A stretch of DNA of 63,129 nucleotides, the filler included, from Blastocystis sp. subtype 4 (lineage: Eukaryota): the NCBI RefSeq assembly GCF_000743755.1. It is 5 parts of 5 records of this genome, joined end to end, with 100 filler letters (N's around TTAATTAATTAA, not from the genome) between each part and the next. Parts side by side here need not be neighbours in the genome. Positions count along the whole stretch, not along the records: positions 27,173 to 39,324 come from NW_014569249.1; positions 39,425 to 51,256 come from NW_014569245.1; 3 more parts are not named here. One strand, written 5' to 3'. The notes under the pieces were generated by a model. It was not told the origin of the DNA. It did no database searches and saw only the letters and a list, made by a program, of their open reading frames with translations. The position numbers and the translations under genes were made by a program. Below are positions 36,133 to 49,077 of the stretch, one piece after another (position 1 is the first letter of the stretch; each line of letters opens with the position of its first letter).

Positions 36133-37544
36133 CTATTTTACAGTATTCTTCTTCTCTTGGAAGTATTTTTCCATTTCCGCCTTTCGTTTTAATCCTTGCA
36201 CATGTCGCCTGTGAACTCTTCCTTGAAGGTGTTCTTTCCACTGTTCATCTCCCACGATCACCTTTTTGCACACATCACATTCATGCTTAGTATTCCGTCT
36301 ACTCCTTATTCATCTCTTCAGTACCAACGCAACAGATTGTTGATCCCACAATGTCTGATTTACTTTGACTTCTGGTAGAGTTCCATCCAATAGATGATCT
36401 ACAACATTCGCTACAGGAGTTAATACAGTTTGATCCCATGACTCTAACTGGCTCGTATCAACTTGAATCATGTGTTTGACTCGACCCTCCAATCGGTTCC
36501 GGATCCAGGTGATTTGTCTACTGTCTCACTCGTACCTCTCTTCTACCTCTTTGCATACTGTTGTGTATCCAGTTTCACCTGCATCAACGCAGTTTGAACT
36601 TCGGGATCTATTCTTGATTCTATCACCCATTTTCAACCTTCCTTATTCAGCTCCTTTCGACCATTGAATGAACCTTCAGGAGTCAAGAAGAGAGGCATAA
36701 ACTCCTTCAGACCGATCGCCTGCCACACGCCTCGCGACACATCACTGGTCTTAATGTACTGATTAACAAAACGAACATTCTCCTCCAGCATCCCATGCAT
36801 CACCATGCTATCAACCCGCTTGTCTAAACGCTCGTGTAACACATCATCCCGACATGAGAGCCAGACAATCACATTATCGAGTTTCTCTTCATTATCACGA
36901 AGTTTATTCTTCTCTTTGCGGAGCATAGATGGAACAGTCCCTGTCAGCTCATAAAGACGCAAGTCAGAGAGGATTCGCTTGCGTTGATTAGGATGATGTG
37001 GATTATTTGGATCGATCGCTTGGAGTCTTGCATACAACTCCTCAGTTGTCAATGCATCTAGAGAGTCCTTCTTTGGAACGGGAATCTCAGTTCCATCCAA
37101 CAGAGAATCCCAAATGAGAGATTGGATGTAATAATGCGTCCCACCGACTATAATAGGAAGCTTTCCTCTCGAGCAAATATCTTCAATGTACTTGTCAAGA
37201 AATTTCATTCAGATCACTCTAAGGATATCGTTTTCACTGCTTTGTCATGAAATTCATGGATTGTAATGTCCGTTTGGGGATCCACAAAATCAAGCAAGTG
37301 ATGAGGAATTCCTTCACGTTCTTCAAGGGTTGCCTAATGCTCAACAAGCACAAACTTTCATACTTTAGCTGTTGCAACACTCAGTCCTTTATACATTTGC
37401 ATAGCATCAGCATTTATCACTTCTCCGTCATATTTATGAGCCAGTTGAATTGAAAGTTTAGTTTTTCCAACTCCTAGGAATAAAAACAGGAATTAGACTA
37501 CTACCTGTTGTTCCAACGATGAAAACCGCCTTTTTACGTATCAT
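36133..37544 (-). CDS. TRIT1: tRNA dimethylallyl(isopentenyl)transferase
   Basis: [47 protein letters not shown]-terminal Zn finger CDVC...HLQGRVH. Confidence 0.93.
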
Positions 37545-37648
37545 TTGCTTGATTTCGGTGGAAGCAAATCGAAGGAACTTTGAATTCATCGAGAAATAGA
37601 CGATATTCGGTTATTGCGTCTGCCTAAAACGATCCGAACAAGTCATAA

Positions 37649-39030
37649 ATGGATATCACAAAAGAAGAATTACAGATCTTGGTTGCAAAGGATGAAAAAC
37701 CAAGACGAACTTCCTATATTATGATTCTTTGGGGGATCCTTGACGTCGGATTGTTTTGTGCATTCTGCTTTGGAATCGTGTATTACGGAGTGTCAAATCA
37801 ATGGTCTACTTCCAATTTGCGTGTTCTTCGCTTCAATGAAAAGGGAGAGTTCACTATTATGCAAGTTGGTTTTCTATAGTTCTCCTCACCTAGATCACTG
37901 ACTCACATTACGATGATGATGTGAGGGATACAACACTCACTCATTTCTGTCTGGAAACAGTGTTGGCAAGAGAAAGTCCTGATTTTGTTGCATTTACAGG
38001 AGATATGGTGACTGGATATAACTGGGACGGAAAACCAGGATGGTTTAAGAAGCAATGGCTCAAATTTTCGGAGCGGATGACGCGACTCCGACTTCCATAT
38101 GCCTATGTTCTTGGAAATCATGATGTAGAAGTATGTAGAAGGGAGAGGATAAGAGGTAGGCAGATTTGTCGCGTGAGGCTATTGTTGCTTTGGATCGCAC
38201 GAATCCCTTCAGTTTAACAGAGTTGGGACCTCCTGGACCCCACAATTCAACGAACATATCCATGTGAAATTCTTTCGTTGTTGACTTGACTAAGGACTAT
38301 GTGCTTCCTGTATATAGCTCAATAGATCCCCAAAAGGTTGCAATGAATCTCTGGTTCTTTGATTCTGGAAATCGTGGTTGTGGTGGTCAGGGAACAGGTT
38401 TTGGTTGCATTGAGCGTGATGTCGTCGAGTGGTACCGGAATAAGAGTGATGCATTGGAGAAGGAGCAGGGAGCCCGACTTCCTGCCATGGCTTTTTTCCA
38501 TATTCCTCCTCAAGAGTTCATGGATGGTTGGATGGCAGGTTTGATGCACAGACATGATGTGTAGCATTACAATACCACAGGACACAAGATGCAGGTGACA
38601 AGCTGTTCAGAGATTAACACAGGAATCGTAGATGCTTTCCTGGAAAAGTAAGTCCGATTACTGAGAGTGAATCGTAGAGGCAATGTAGTTGCTCTATTCG
38701 TCGGACATGATCATCCAAATGACTTTACTGTAGACTATAAGGGGTTGATGCTAGCTTATGGACGAAAGTCTGGATATGGAGGATATGGAATTCCTCATCA
38801 GTATGGTTGATTCTTGTCTTTTCCATAGTATTCGAAAAGGAGCTCGAGTGATCAAGATTAAGGAGAATCCATTCTCCTATGATACTTACTTGAGTTTAGA
38901 GAATGGAAATCGAGAATGGTTAGTTGATATGGGATGGACCAATGGTACTCAGACTATCTGTAATGGTTCGTTTCTTGTTTCTTCAATAATCATGTTGTAA
39001 GAATACAATGAAAAATCAAAACAAGAATGA
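37649..39030 (+). CDS. Membrane-anchored calcineurin-like metallophosphoesterase (Dcr2/PAP14-like)
   Basis: N-terminal TM, LRFNEKGEFTIMQITDSH, FTGDMV, LGNHD, AFFHIP, VGHDHPND, GYGGYG, GARVI. Confidence 0.88.
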
Positions 39031-39142
39031 CCTATTTGTCTATATTGAATCTGAAATTTTATATAGAATTAGGGCCCTTATAGTACACTTCGGTCCCGAT
39101 AATGTGTATTTGCAGGGACACTTCACAATTGCGTGTGTAACC

Positions 39143-39324
39143 ATGGCTATCGGTATGGTTTGGTTTGAATTGAATTGAAAACGATGAAGCACACGATTTG
39201 ATATGGATGGAATGGTTCTTATCTTTTTTGTAGGCAAGACTCAGAAGAAGATCAACAAGAAGGGAAAGGGAAAGAAGGTGATCGATACAATGGCAAAGAA
39301 GGAGTGGTACGATGTTCGTGCCCC
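39143..39324 (+). CDS. RPS3A: 40S ribosomal protein S3a (eS1), 5' part
   Basis: MAIGKTQKKINKKGKGKKVIDTMAKKEWYDVRAP after removing intron 39153-39233. Confidence 0.92.
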
Positions 39325-39424
39325 NNNNNNNNNNNNNNNNNNNNNNNNNNNNNNNNNNNNNNNNNNNNTTAATTAATTAANNNNNNNNNNNNNNNNNNNN
39401 NNNNNNNNNNNNNNNNNNNNNNNN
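39325..39424. other. Artificial contig-joining linker
   Basis: 44 N + TTAATTAATTAA + 44 N. Confidence 0.98.
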
Positions 39425-39425
39425 T

Positions 39426-39527
39426 ATCAGTTCTCGTCCTGGTCAGAGTGGTCGTGCTGATGGTTACATTCTTGAGGATGAGGAACTTGCCTTCTATCAC
39501 AAGAAGATCAACCAGAAGAAGAAGTAA
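39426..39527 (+). CDS. RPS8: 40S ribosomal protein S8 (eS8), 3' end
   Basis: [36 protein letters not shown]. Confidence 0.93.
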   Translation: MSSRPGQSGRADGYILEDEELAFYHKKINQKKK

Positions 39528-39591
39528 GGTTGAACATCAAGAGTGTGGGATACTGAGTGTGTTTGTAACAATCCAATTAAAAAAAGAAAAC

Positions 39592-40830
39592 TTAATGGCT
39601 ACTTGCAATAATGGAAGTGGGACTAACGGTAGCTTTTTGTGCTTTGGACCCATACAGTTTGATTACATCCAGACAAGCTTCGCGCATCATAGGGAACAGT
39701 TCTTGAACCAAGCCTACGATCTTCTCCACATCAACTACAGTAACCTTAGTGCTTGCATTCAATGACTCTGGAAGCATTCTCTTTGGATAGGAAAACGTCC
39801 AGGCCAGTGCAATACACACATGAGTAATACTCTGGGGTGGAATCGATAAGGAATCATACTCTATCTCTCATTCCCTCCAGTGAAATACTACTCATACAAA
39901 TCCCATTTAACAGTGACTGAAGGTTAGGATATAAGGATGTGTTATGTGTTCTCTCTAAAAGAGCACCACCAGCAAGATAAGGAGAATAGGGATTCAACTT
40001 GAAGTCTAGCTGTATTAGCAGATCATAAAGAAACGATTTCACAGCTTCTTGCGAATAAGTATCACTGATAACACTACAGATCTCTCTCTAGAAATAATAT
40101 GGAATCAAAAGAATGACGAATGATAAGTGTCTATAGCGGTTATCATAGAGAGAGGAAGCCAGATGAATACAAAGCCAGGAGAGCAATTCCAACTGGTCCC
40201 TTGGAATCACCTTCCTAGATAGGTACCGGTCAAAATAATTCATTCCAGTATATGCAACGCTTGGATGGCTTCCCTTGTCACGACAGATCTATGCTTCACA
40301 ACCAAGACGCAAACACTACTCCTAGCATCCACATATACGTGTGTTCTCGGTACCGACAAAAAGTCTCACAATTCTGCACACTAAGTGCATATGTCGGGAT
40401 TGGCAAATAGGACGATCCGAGGTTATAGGGATCCCCTAGACCCTGAAAAGAAGTCTTTGATAACGGTTGGTGAAACAAAAGAATGCAGTCTGGGCACGTT
40501 TCTTCTCTCGCATCCAAGAGCTTTTCTGAGCAGTGTAGCGAGGCGCTCATCCCACAGACACTCTTCACAATAATGTAAAGTGAAAAAGAAAGAGTTCAAG
40601 TGCCCACAAGAAAGCAAAGAATGGATATGTCTTGCAACGTTCGCCGCTTTAGGACTTGAGAAGTGACGGGGACAAATTGATAACAGGAGCACATTTATTA
40701 GGTACAAGCAATTGAATAGAGCCATTAATTTGTCAATAATGCCTAAATTCTATATAGGACCATATCGTAATTGGGATTCAAATAATAAAAGGCTCCTTAT
40801 TCATGATCGAAACGACTTCTGTTTTCTCAT
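39592..40830 (-). CDS. Divergent cyclin-box protein
   Basis: YREHTYMWML...VAYTGMNYFDRYLSRKVIPRDQLELLSWLCIHLASSLYD...LLIQLDFKLNP; start uncertain. Confidence 0.7.
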
Positions 40831-41002
40831 TTTTCCCATAACTGTGGACAATTCCTAAAAGCTGCTTTGTCTCTTCTATTCAGATTTGGGTGCCCCGGAT
40901 ACCAAAGTAAAAGATCCTCCACTTATTAGTGTCAAACAAACAATCATGTCGATAGACTTTACAATCCTTTCTATTCAACAGCAGATGGATGGAGTAATTT
41001 CA

Positions 41003-43108
41003 TTATTCCTTCAAAACGATTCTTTGAGAACCTGTCAAGTTTAGATTCTCAATCGAATAGGCATTGGGAGCCTGGATTGAAACAACGCATTGCTCTTCAC
41101 GATTTACAACGTAACCTCTCATACGATACACAATATCAAAGGACATGTCCTTTGGGTTAATAGTCACGTAGTGCCATCCCTTATTATGGATCTTCACATT
41201 TCTGATGGTTAGTGTACTATTAATAGCATCCTGAGTTGAGATGTCAGGATCACCCAAAACAAGACAACCATCAATCTCTACATTGTCCAAATACCAGTTT
41301 TGACATCGAATCACCACAACACTTCCCTTCTTGATCACTACATTTGAACCGATATGTGAATGAATCTCTTCGGTCGTTGTTCCGGACTCAGGCCATAAAC
41401 AGATGTGAGCTCCCTCTTCAATCACCACATTTCTTGGTCCCGATTGACTACAACAAGGACAATCATTCACACTCAGAATCTGTTTTCGGAAGAGTTCCAT
41501 TATATCCGCTTCTCCACTACGAGGACTCTCTTCAAATCCGGTCTTCTCCTTCAACATTGCAGCACGAGTATAATCATTCTTGACAGGTGACCATGCCATG
41601 AAGCGAGGGAACGTCACAACAAGACAAGTTGAGTTCACTGATTCTTCCTTCTTCGTTTCTAACAGGAGCTTCGGATAATCTTGCATCAGAGATTCCAGAC
41701 GTGTAGGTTGTACATATTCGATCTTCGATCCCGGCTACGTCTCACAGAAACAATCTAACAAACCTTGTATTTTGGATTGACAAATTCCGGCACGATTCCA
41801 TGGCTCTTGGTGATGACACGAAGATACTCGTGGATATTCATACAGAGATTGTTACAATTCCCAGGGAATCTACAGTCACACTTCAACCCAAAGCATACGG
41901 AGAGTATCCAGACTCATCAGCAAAGTCACCTCGAGGATCGATTGTATTCCGAATCACATCTTCCAGTTGGTTATATTCCACATTACAAACCATCTCATCT
42001 CCATTCACATGATGAAGCTTACATAAACCTCCCGTCTATCATAAATAACTCCATAACACAATTACTTGTTCATGAGGACGACGTTTTACACAGGTACTTA
42101 CCATATGAGCATCATTCATCACTGAAATTTGAGCCACACAGGGCATCGTATGGAAATTCACCGTATTGGTATCCTGGAAGAAGAACACACGATGCAAATC
42201 ATATTTCTTAACCCATTGTTCAATGATCTTATCCTACGATCAATCAAATCAATTCATCATACACGATATAAACAGAAATGAACATCACCATGTCCATGAG
42301 GTTTCCTTATAATATGTCCTTCACTATCACAAGCAATTTCTCCTTGAATGTTGCGCACGGCAGGAATGCAGTCTTGCATCATCACATACACTTGATCTTC
42401 AGGCATACCAAAGTAATTGTGCTCCTTCAAGTATTTCACCGTTCTGAGTATCATAACTTCGTTCCATTCCTACATATCGTGATTGTTCTCTGATGTCATA
42501 ATAGCAAAAGGTAAACGGCAATTCGGATTCGAAGAACGGTGTTGGATTGCAAGAATCTTCTTGATATACCAATCCAGATATGTGAGGTTTGTAAAAGTCT
42601 CAATCGGTAAACCAACCTTGATGCTATTGTAACCCAGACGTTCCCCTAGACCTCCTGCTATCAGAACAAAGCCGCAGTACGTTAGCTCTTCTAACCCTTT
42701 GCGTTCCATCTCATGATATTCCAACGAATTGAAGGTAATATCGATTACAGGAGGAACCTAATTCAGTAATATATAAAAGAATCTACCGAAGGAGTCCAAC
42801 CATCAAATGGATTCACACCCTTAGATGATTTGCTAAGGAGGTCGCGACATTTATCAACATACTTTTGCAGTCCACCTGGATATAATTCATCAAACGAACG
42901 TATTTCATTAATGAATTCTTGGATACCTTTAAATCACTTCTATTATTCGCAGATATACTCTTAATAGAATTTAGAGATTCAAGAACCTTCCCTTGGCCAC
43001 AGGATACAAGATAATCGACAAATGAAGCATCCTTCTCTGAAAGTGTCTCTCTTCTATATATCAGTAGGTACCAGGTGAAGTATACATAGAAGAAATCGAA
43101 TTAACCAT
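41003..43108 (-). CDS. USP: UDP-sugar pyrophosphorylase (USP)
   Basis: FVLIAGGLGERLGY, FAIMTS, KPHGHGDVH, VPEFVNPKY, PTRLESLMQDYP, WSPVKN. Confidence 0.92.
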
Positions 43109-43163
43109 TAATGAGTATATGCAAACAAAAAATGCTGGATCATTAAATAAAACCCCCACAAAA

Positions 43164-44387
43164 TCATGCCGTCATTTGCTTTCTTTCCACAGTCTTATTT
43201 ACAAATCCTTGTACCAAAGCTATGATGTTTTCACTAGTAGCATCTGCAGAGTCAGAGAGATAATAACCACCATTATCAGGAATATCAATAATGGAGAGAA
43301 GAGGACTCGTTTCGTTCTGGATAAGACCACGAATCTGGTTCGAAACGTCACCGCTTTCACGAACATAGAAAATAGAGACAACATCCTTAATCTGATCAGC
43401 AACCTCATTCAGGATCTCAATCTTTGCATCCTTCTCAGCTTCCTCACACTTCTCCATAAATACAACTAAGCAAGGTTTAGCATTAATGTCATCAGGCTCC
43501 TGATTCAGATCCTTCACAGTAGAAGGAAGCCAGGGGAATCCCTCAACACCTGTTGCCTTTACAGCCTCAACACCATCAGCAGACACAGGCTCCAAGTTCA
43601 TATCACACATCACCAAACATGGAATACCACCAATCTGAAGAATATTCTTCAGTTTGGAAACAGCAGGGTTCTCATAACCCAGTGAGAGCCATGGCATCGA
43701 ACCATAATACTCCTTGTACTGGTCGGCATCATTATCCAGAGAACAGAAGATAACCTCAAAGTTCTGATTAGCAGCCTTCAGAGCATTGTATGTCTCAATC
43801 AGCTTAGGAGTGAACAGCTTGCAAGGACCACACCAATGAGCTGAGAAGTAAAGACCCACATACTTTCCTTCAACAGCAGACAAACCAACAATGTCATTAC
43901 CCTTACGAATATGAGGTCCAATCAACTCCTTAACAGTAGGCTGCTTCCAAGGGAAACCGTTTTCATTAGCCATAACATCCTCCTTAGCATTAGGATTGAG
44001 AACACCCTCCGGAGACAGCATAACAAATCTAGGAATACCGTCGACACCAAAGTTAGCCACAAGATTATCTCTCATTTCGGAGTTCTTGAAATCAACAGCA
44101 AGCCATGGCATTGATCCATAATACTCATCGAATCCCTTCTGATCGGTATCCTTGCTGCAGAAAACAACTTCAAACGGAATCTGCTGCTTCTTGAGATTCA
44201 AGTACACCTTACGAAGAATAGGGGTAAACTGACGGCAGGGAGCGCACCAGTGAGCACTTATAGTGAGAGATAAGAACAAATCTTACGAGAAGTAAACACC
44301 CACGTACTTTCCATTTAAGGATGCTACATCAACAGGACCTTCCTTAGAAAGGAGGGTTTCACCAAATAAAGGAGCATAATCAGCCAT
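43164..44387 (-). CDS. Nucleoredoxin-like protein with two active Trx domains and a third inactive Trx-like domain
   Basis: YFSAHWCAPCR and YFSAHWCGPCK, MPWLA, GIPRFV, GFPW. Confidence 0.92.
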
Positions 44388-44697
44388 ATTGGATAGTGTT
44401 TAATAATGAATTAAAGAGAGGAACTACGTATTACCACCTAAGAACCGTGATTATGAATACATCCCATTATATAAACCACAAAGAATGTTTACCTAAATCA
44501 CAAAGTAAGCAAAACAAAAAATCATATATAACTAATAATACCATAGTCATAAGAGTCAATGAATTCAAAAAAGGATAATAATCCAATACAACACAGCACA
44601 TAGTTGAAAAATGTTGATTCAAAAAAGAACTTGCTAACAATTCAGACATTGTTAATCATAGAATTGGATTGCAAAAGAAAACTTCTTCTGATTTAAA

Positions 44698-46671
44698 ATG
44701 TCTGTAAGATATTGATGAACTGATAGGATTTATTCTTGTAGGTGACCCCGGCGCAATTCAAAGCTTTTTCTGATGCTCTCCTTAATTCATCTTCAGGTTC
44801 ATCTGAATATATAGTCGAAATGCTGAGAAACAAGTTCAACCACTTCATGAAAGTCGATCTTCTGTTTGCGTTGTTTATTCTCGTAGCATTCCTTTCATAA
44901 GAACAATATAGCAATTTGTAAGGATTGCCAGTTAATTCAAAAGGTCATCTGTAAGGTAGTTCACACTTTTTGAAATACTAGTGGACCATCTTTCTAAACC
45001 CTGTGCAATCATCCGTTCTGGAGATCGTTGTTACTTTCATGAACTGCAAGAACACATTAGCATTTGTCGTCACATGATCCTTCGAGGAAACCATGATGGA
45101 ACGGATTGTATGGTCTGCAATCGGTCTGCGTAAGGCATTTGAATTTATTATGACTCGTAGAACGACAATGGACTATAGGAACAAGTATCTCCATGCAAGT
45201 GTCTGTGAAAGTGGTAATGGCTGCAGCAGATCATGTACAAAGTGGAAACTTTTCATTCATCACCTTCAAAACTGTCCTGTTGGAATTATCATATTGTGTC
45301 ATTTTTAGGGTTGCTGGGTTTGCTATGATGAAAACAAAATCAATGGTGTGTATTTGAGTCTTCATAAGAGTGATGAGGACCGTCACCGTTCTATACCTCC
45401 CACAAATATTGCCCTTCCTCGTAAAACAATCACAAATCCTCACCAAATGTCCGTAATGTCGCAATACCAGAATCACATGATGCCCAGTAGTCAGCGTCCT
45501 GTAATGAATCAGGGAGTCCAGAATTCGCAGTTACTTTATGGGAGTCAACAATCTAATGATTATATGATGTCTCAGCGATATAATCAAGGAATGATGAAAT
45601 CATCACCGTATTCAACACCACAATATGATCAGAAACGACTTGCTCAGTCTATGGAAGTTCAGAAACGACCTCGGTCTGTAGCCCAATCCCTTCCTCGCCA
45701 GTCCTATCCAATACCGTCTCAACCGTCAGGAGTAGCTTCGAATGATATGATGAGAAGTCAACAAACAATCCCTTCACAAGGAATGACACGACCAGTCAAT
45801 CAATCTGTGATGCAACAGAATATGAACTATTCTCAGCAGAATCCAATGTACATGCAGAGGCAGCAAGTCCTTCAATCGCCTTATAGCCTCCCTTCATCAT
45901 CTGCTCCTTCTCCACGATCAGCTACGCTCTCCAATCAGTCTCCTCATTCTGTTGGAAAGCCGTATTCTCCTCTTTCATCACGTCAGACAGCCCCTCACAC
46001 ACTTCCTACAATGGATACAAAGCGACCAGCTCTTTCTTCTAATTCACTTCCACCAACACCATCTCAGATCTCTGCAACCATGATGTCTCGTGATCCCATG
46101 CAGCAACCCAAATCTTTAGCTGTACGTTTGAATTCTCTTTGTCACATAGCCACAACCTTCTGAATCACGATCACCAATTCCTCTCAAAGACCAGTCTGTA
46201 ACTTCCATAAAAAAACTGAAGGATGAGCGGCAGAAACAGAAGGTCGTACTCGATCCAGTAAGTGTGAGAGAGTGGAGTGATCTCTAGGGGCTGGATAGTC
46301 GAATTGAGAGTGCATTGAACGTAAGTTGTAGTTAGGGCTGTGAAATTGTAGTGTTGGTTACGTCGCGTGATGACGGCTGTAGCAGAAAATTCACGGAAGC
46401 GGAGAGGACAGTATCCAACTGCTGGACTCACATTTGTGGAAAAGAATGCCGTAACAGCGTATGTTCGGGAAAAGGCGGAATCGACAACTTCAATAACAGA
46501 GAGACGGAATCTATCATCACTAGGTTTTCGTGTATTATGATTGTCATAGAATAGAGATTCAACATCGAATGATGAAGGATCGAACTGAAATCACCGTGGA
46601 CGACATACGCAACTATCTTAAGAAGGAAAGGGGGACAGAAACTGTATATATGCAGCGTAGAACTGTATTAT
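44698..46671 (+). CDS. Protein with TAZ-like Zn fingers, a Q/S/P-rich region and a TAF4-like C-terminus; stop probably T+poly(A)
   Basis: LHASVCESGNGCSRSCTKWKLFIHHLQNCP...CWVC; RIESALN-CWLRRVMTAVAENSRKR; RTEITVDDIRNYLKKER. Confidence 0.55.
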
Positions 46672-46715
46672 TGCCTGTTTGGTTGATAACAAACAAGAAG
46701 TAACTACCGAAATAT

Positions 46716-47169
46716 CTACTTCTTCCAAGGGAATCCATTAGGGTTCATAATAACAGAAGCACGTCCTTCAGAGTTGTATAGTCCGTGTTCTTCATCCAGT
46801 AGTAGTAAAGTCGGGATACCTTGAATACCAAACCGTTCACTCAATTTGGACCGAATATCACTTCGATCAAAAGGAATTGCCTTCCAAGGCATTGTAGCGA
46901 AATACTCATTAAACTCTCGATTTCCACTGTCAGCACTGCAAAACACGATTTCAAAATCCTTTCCACTTGCAACTGTATCCAAATACACTTTACGAAGTTT
47001 TGGAGTGAAAGCACGACAAGGACCACACCAATGAGCACTACATCTTATCAAAATTCATTCAATTCTACGAGAAATAGAGTCCAACAACCTTTCCAGACAA
47101 ACTACTCACAGTCACTTCACCTTCATTACTCAACAAAGTAGATCCAAATAATTCAGAATAATTCGCCAT
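46716..47169 (-). CDS. Single-domain tryparedoxin/nucleoredoxin
   Basis: MANYSELFGSTLL...GLYFS|AHWCGPCRAFTPKL...MPWKAIPF...GIPTLLLL...GFPWKK. Confidence 0.93.
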
Positions 47170-47461
47170 TTGAACTAAACAATCAATTAAGGCTATAATA
47201 CTAATGATAGAAAGAGAGAATAATCCAATCCAATCATTCAGTTGTAATCAATCATTCTCATTTCAGTTTTTGACTAACCTGTATTGAATGAATATGAAAG
47301 AGAATCATTGAGTTCTAATCAAATAATAATCAATTTCTATTCATTCTGAACATACGAAACAGTCTTTGATACTTCCAAATGCTTTCCTTGTTTCTGTGTG
47401 TTGATGTATGATAAGAATGGACTATGAAAGTGAATCGAATGATTGTTGAAAGAAACAAATG

Positions 47462-48954
47462 AGAATTCCATAACTCTGTAACCAGGAGCATATTTGTTAG
47501 CAAAGAGTAGGAAATCCTCATGTGAGATAATCGTGGATGATGTGTTGATGAGTGGATGAAGAGACACTGTTGGTGCATCCAACAGACGTTTGTCAATAAT
47601 CACTTGAACCTTGTTCTCAGGATCATTCATTTTGGCAAACAGAGACAGATGACCTTGTTCCACTCCCAACATGGTCTTCAATAGCTCATTATCAGCAAAA
47701 CGCAAAGAACCACTCTTATACTTCAGATCCTATTCCTAATCTCATCCTATCTCCCCTACACTCGTCAATTTCTTCATATCCACTGTTGTGTCAAATGCAG
47801 CCACCACCATCCACAAACCTGAATCCTCATTTCCATTTGGCTTCTTTGCCTTCAGGAACAGATTCTTGGTAGGTAATCCACGAGATGCATCCACAAAGCG
47901 AATCACATCTTCCACTGTCTTCGCTGCTTCATGCTGAACTGTTTCCTGTCTCTCATCTCCTCTTCATAGACTTACATGACTAATTCCCATTTCATCCAGA
48001 ACTGCGAATATCTTCGCTTCACTCTCATTCTGAGCTTTCTCTACTTCACCCTTTACTGGACCACGTTTCATTGCTGCTGCTGCCTTCTCCTTCTGACGCT
48101 GAGTCGTTTCCTTCTTGTAGTTCACATTCTTGGCAATAGATCGATCTGCCTACACTCAAATCGATTCATATATTCTACCAATACAGTCACAAAAGTGGGA
48201 TCCACACGAACATCAATCTGACCTCCTTCACGAACAGCTGCAGCCAGACCCGTGTTTGTGAAGGTCATCTTCAAACAGGCTTCTTCTGAACACCGGCAAC
48301 GCCAATTGGTAAGGTGAGGTCAAGAGAAACACACTCAAATAGAGAGACAGGATATATTTGGATACTGATTACGCCAGGTCGAAACCATGACATAGCGGAA
48401 GAGATTGTAAGTAGAACAATACACAGCAATATCACTCAAACCAAACACACCTGTTAAATACTCCCTTTCATTCAGAACACACTCCCACTCATCCAAATAC
48501 TCTACATATCATTACTCATCATCAACCTTATCTTTCACAGCACTCAACACTTCACCATACACTTCTACTTGTTCAGGACAATCACGAACTCCCATTGTCA
48601 GAAGCATTTGAATATGACTCTTCTTCAATATCAACTCCTAACAACAACACTTACATGTTGAAGTAACGAAGTCGTATTCTCCTTCAATAGATACTCCTTT
48701 CCCTTATGAATCATATCCATCTCCTTTTCACTCAAATCTAATACCTCAACTCTCTTTCAACAACCACAACTCTTTGAATTACACAATTCATCAAAACCTA
48801 TTTCATTACTTCATTCCTTATTAATACACATACTAGAAAAGGATCCTTCAGTCTCTTTAAGGAAAGCAAGAGAAGCCTTCAAAAGAAGACTCTAAAGTAT
48901 TGAATTGTAGAATAGAGAGCATACATCATAGTTATAAGTAGTTACAGCAAACAT
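47462..48954 (-). CDS. PrdX/ProXp-ala (YbaK superfamily) aminoacyl-tRNA deacylase with an N-terminal GST-C-like region; stop probably T+poly(A)
   Basis: C-terminal HEAAKTVED, TKNLFLKAKK, LRFADNELLKTMLGVEQGHLSLFA, HPLINTSS; N-terminal FGLSDIAVYCSTYNLFRYVMVSTWRNQYPNI. Confidence 0.75.
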
Positions 48955-49077
48955 GATAGAGTTTTGTGGTTGTTAGTATGAGTGAAAGATGAATTGAAAT
49001 TGAAGTTGAAATTGAATGATGATGGATTGAAAGAATAGAAATGATGATATTGATAAAGTGATCATTTGTTTGTTGTG

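Noticed and set aside
39143..39527. RPS3A start and RPS8 end looking like one gene across a gap
   Set aside because: Different proteins on different contigs; contigs probably break in multicopy ribosomal protein genes
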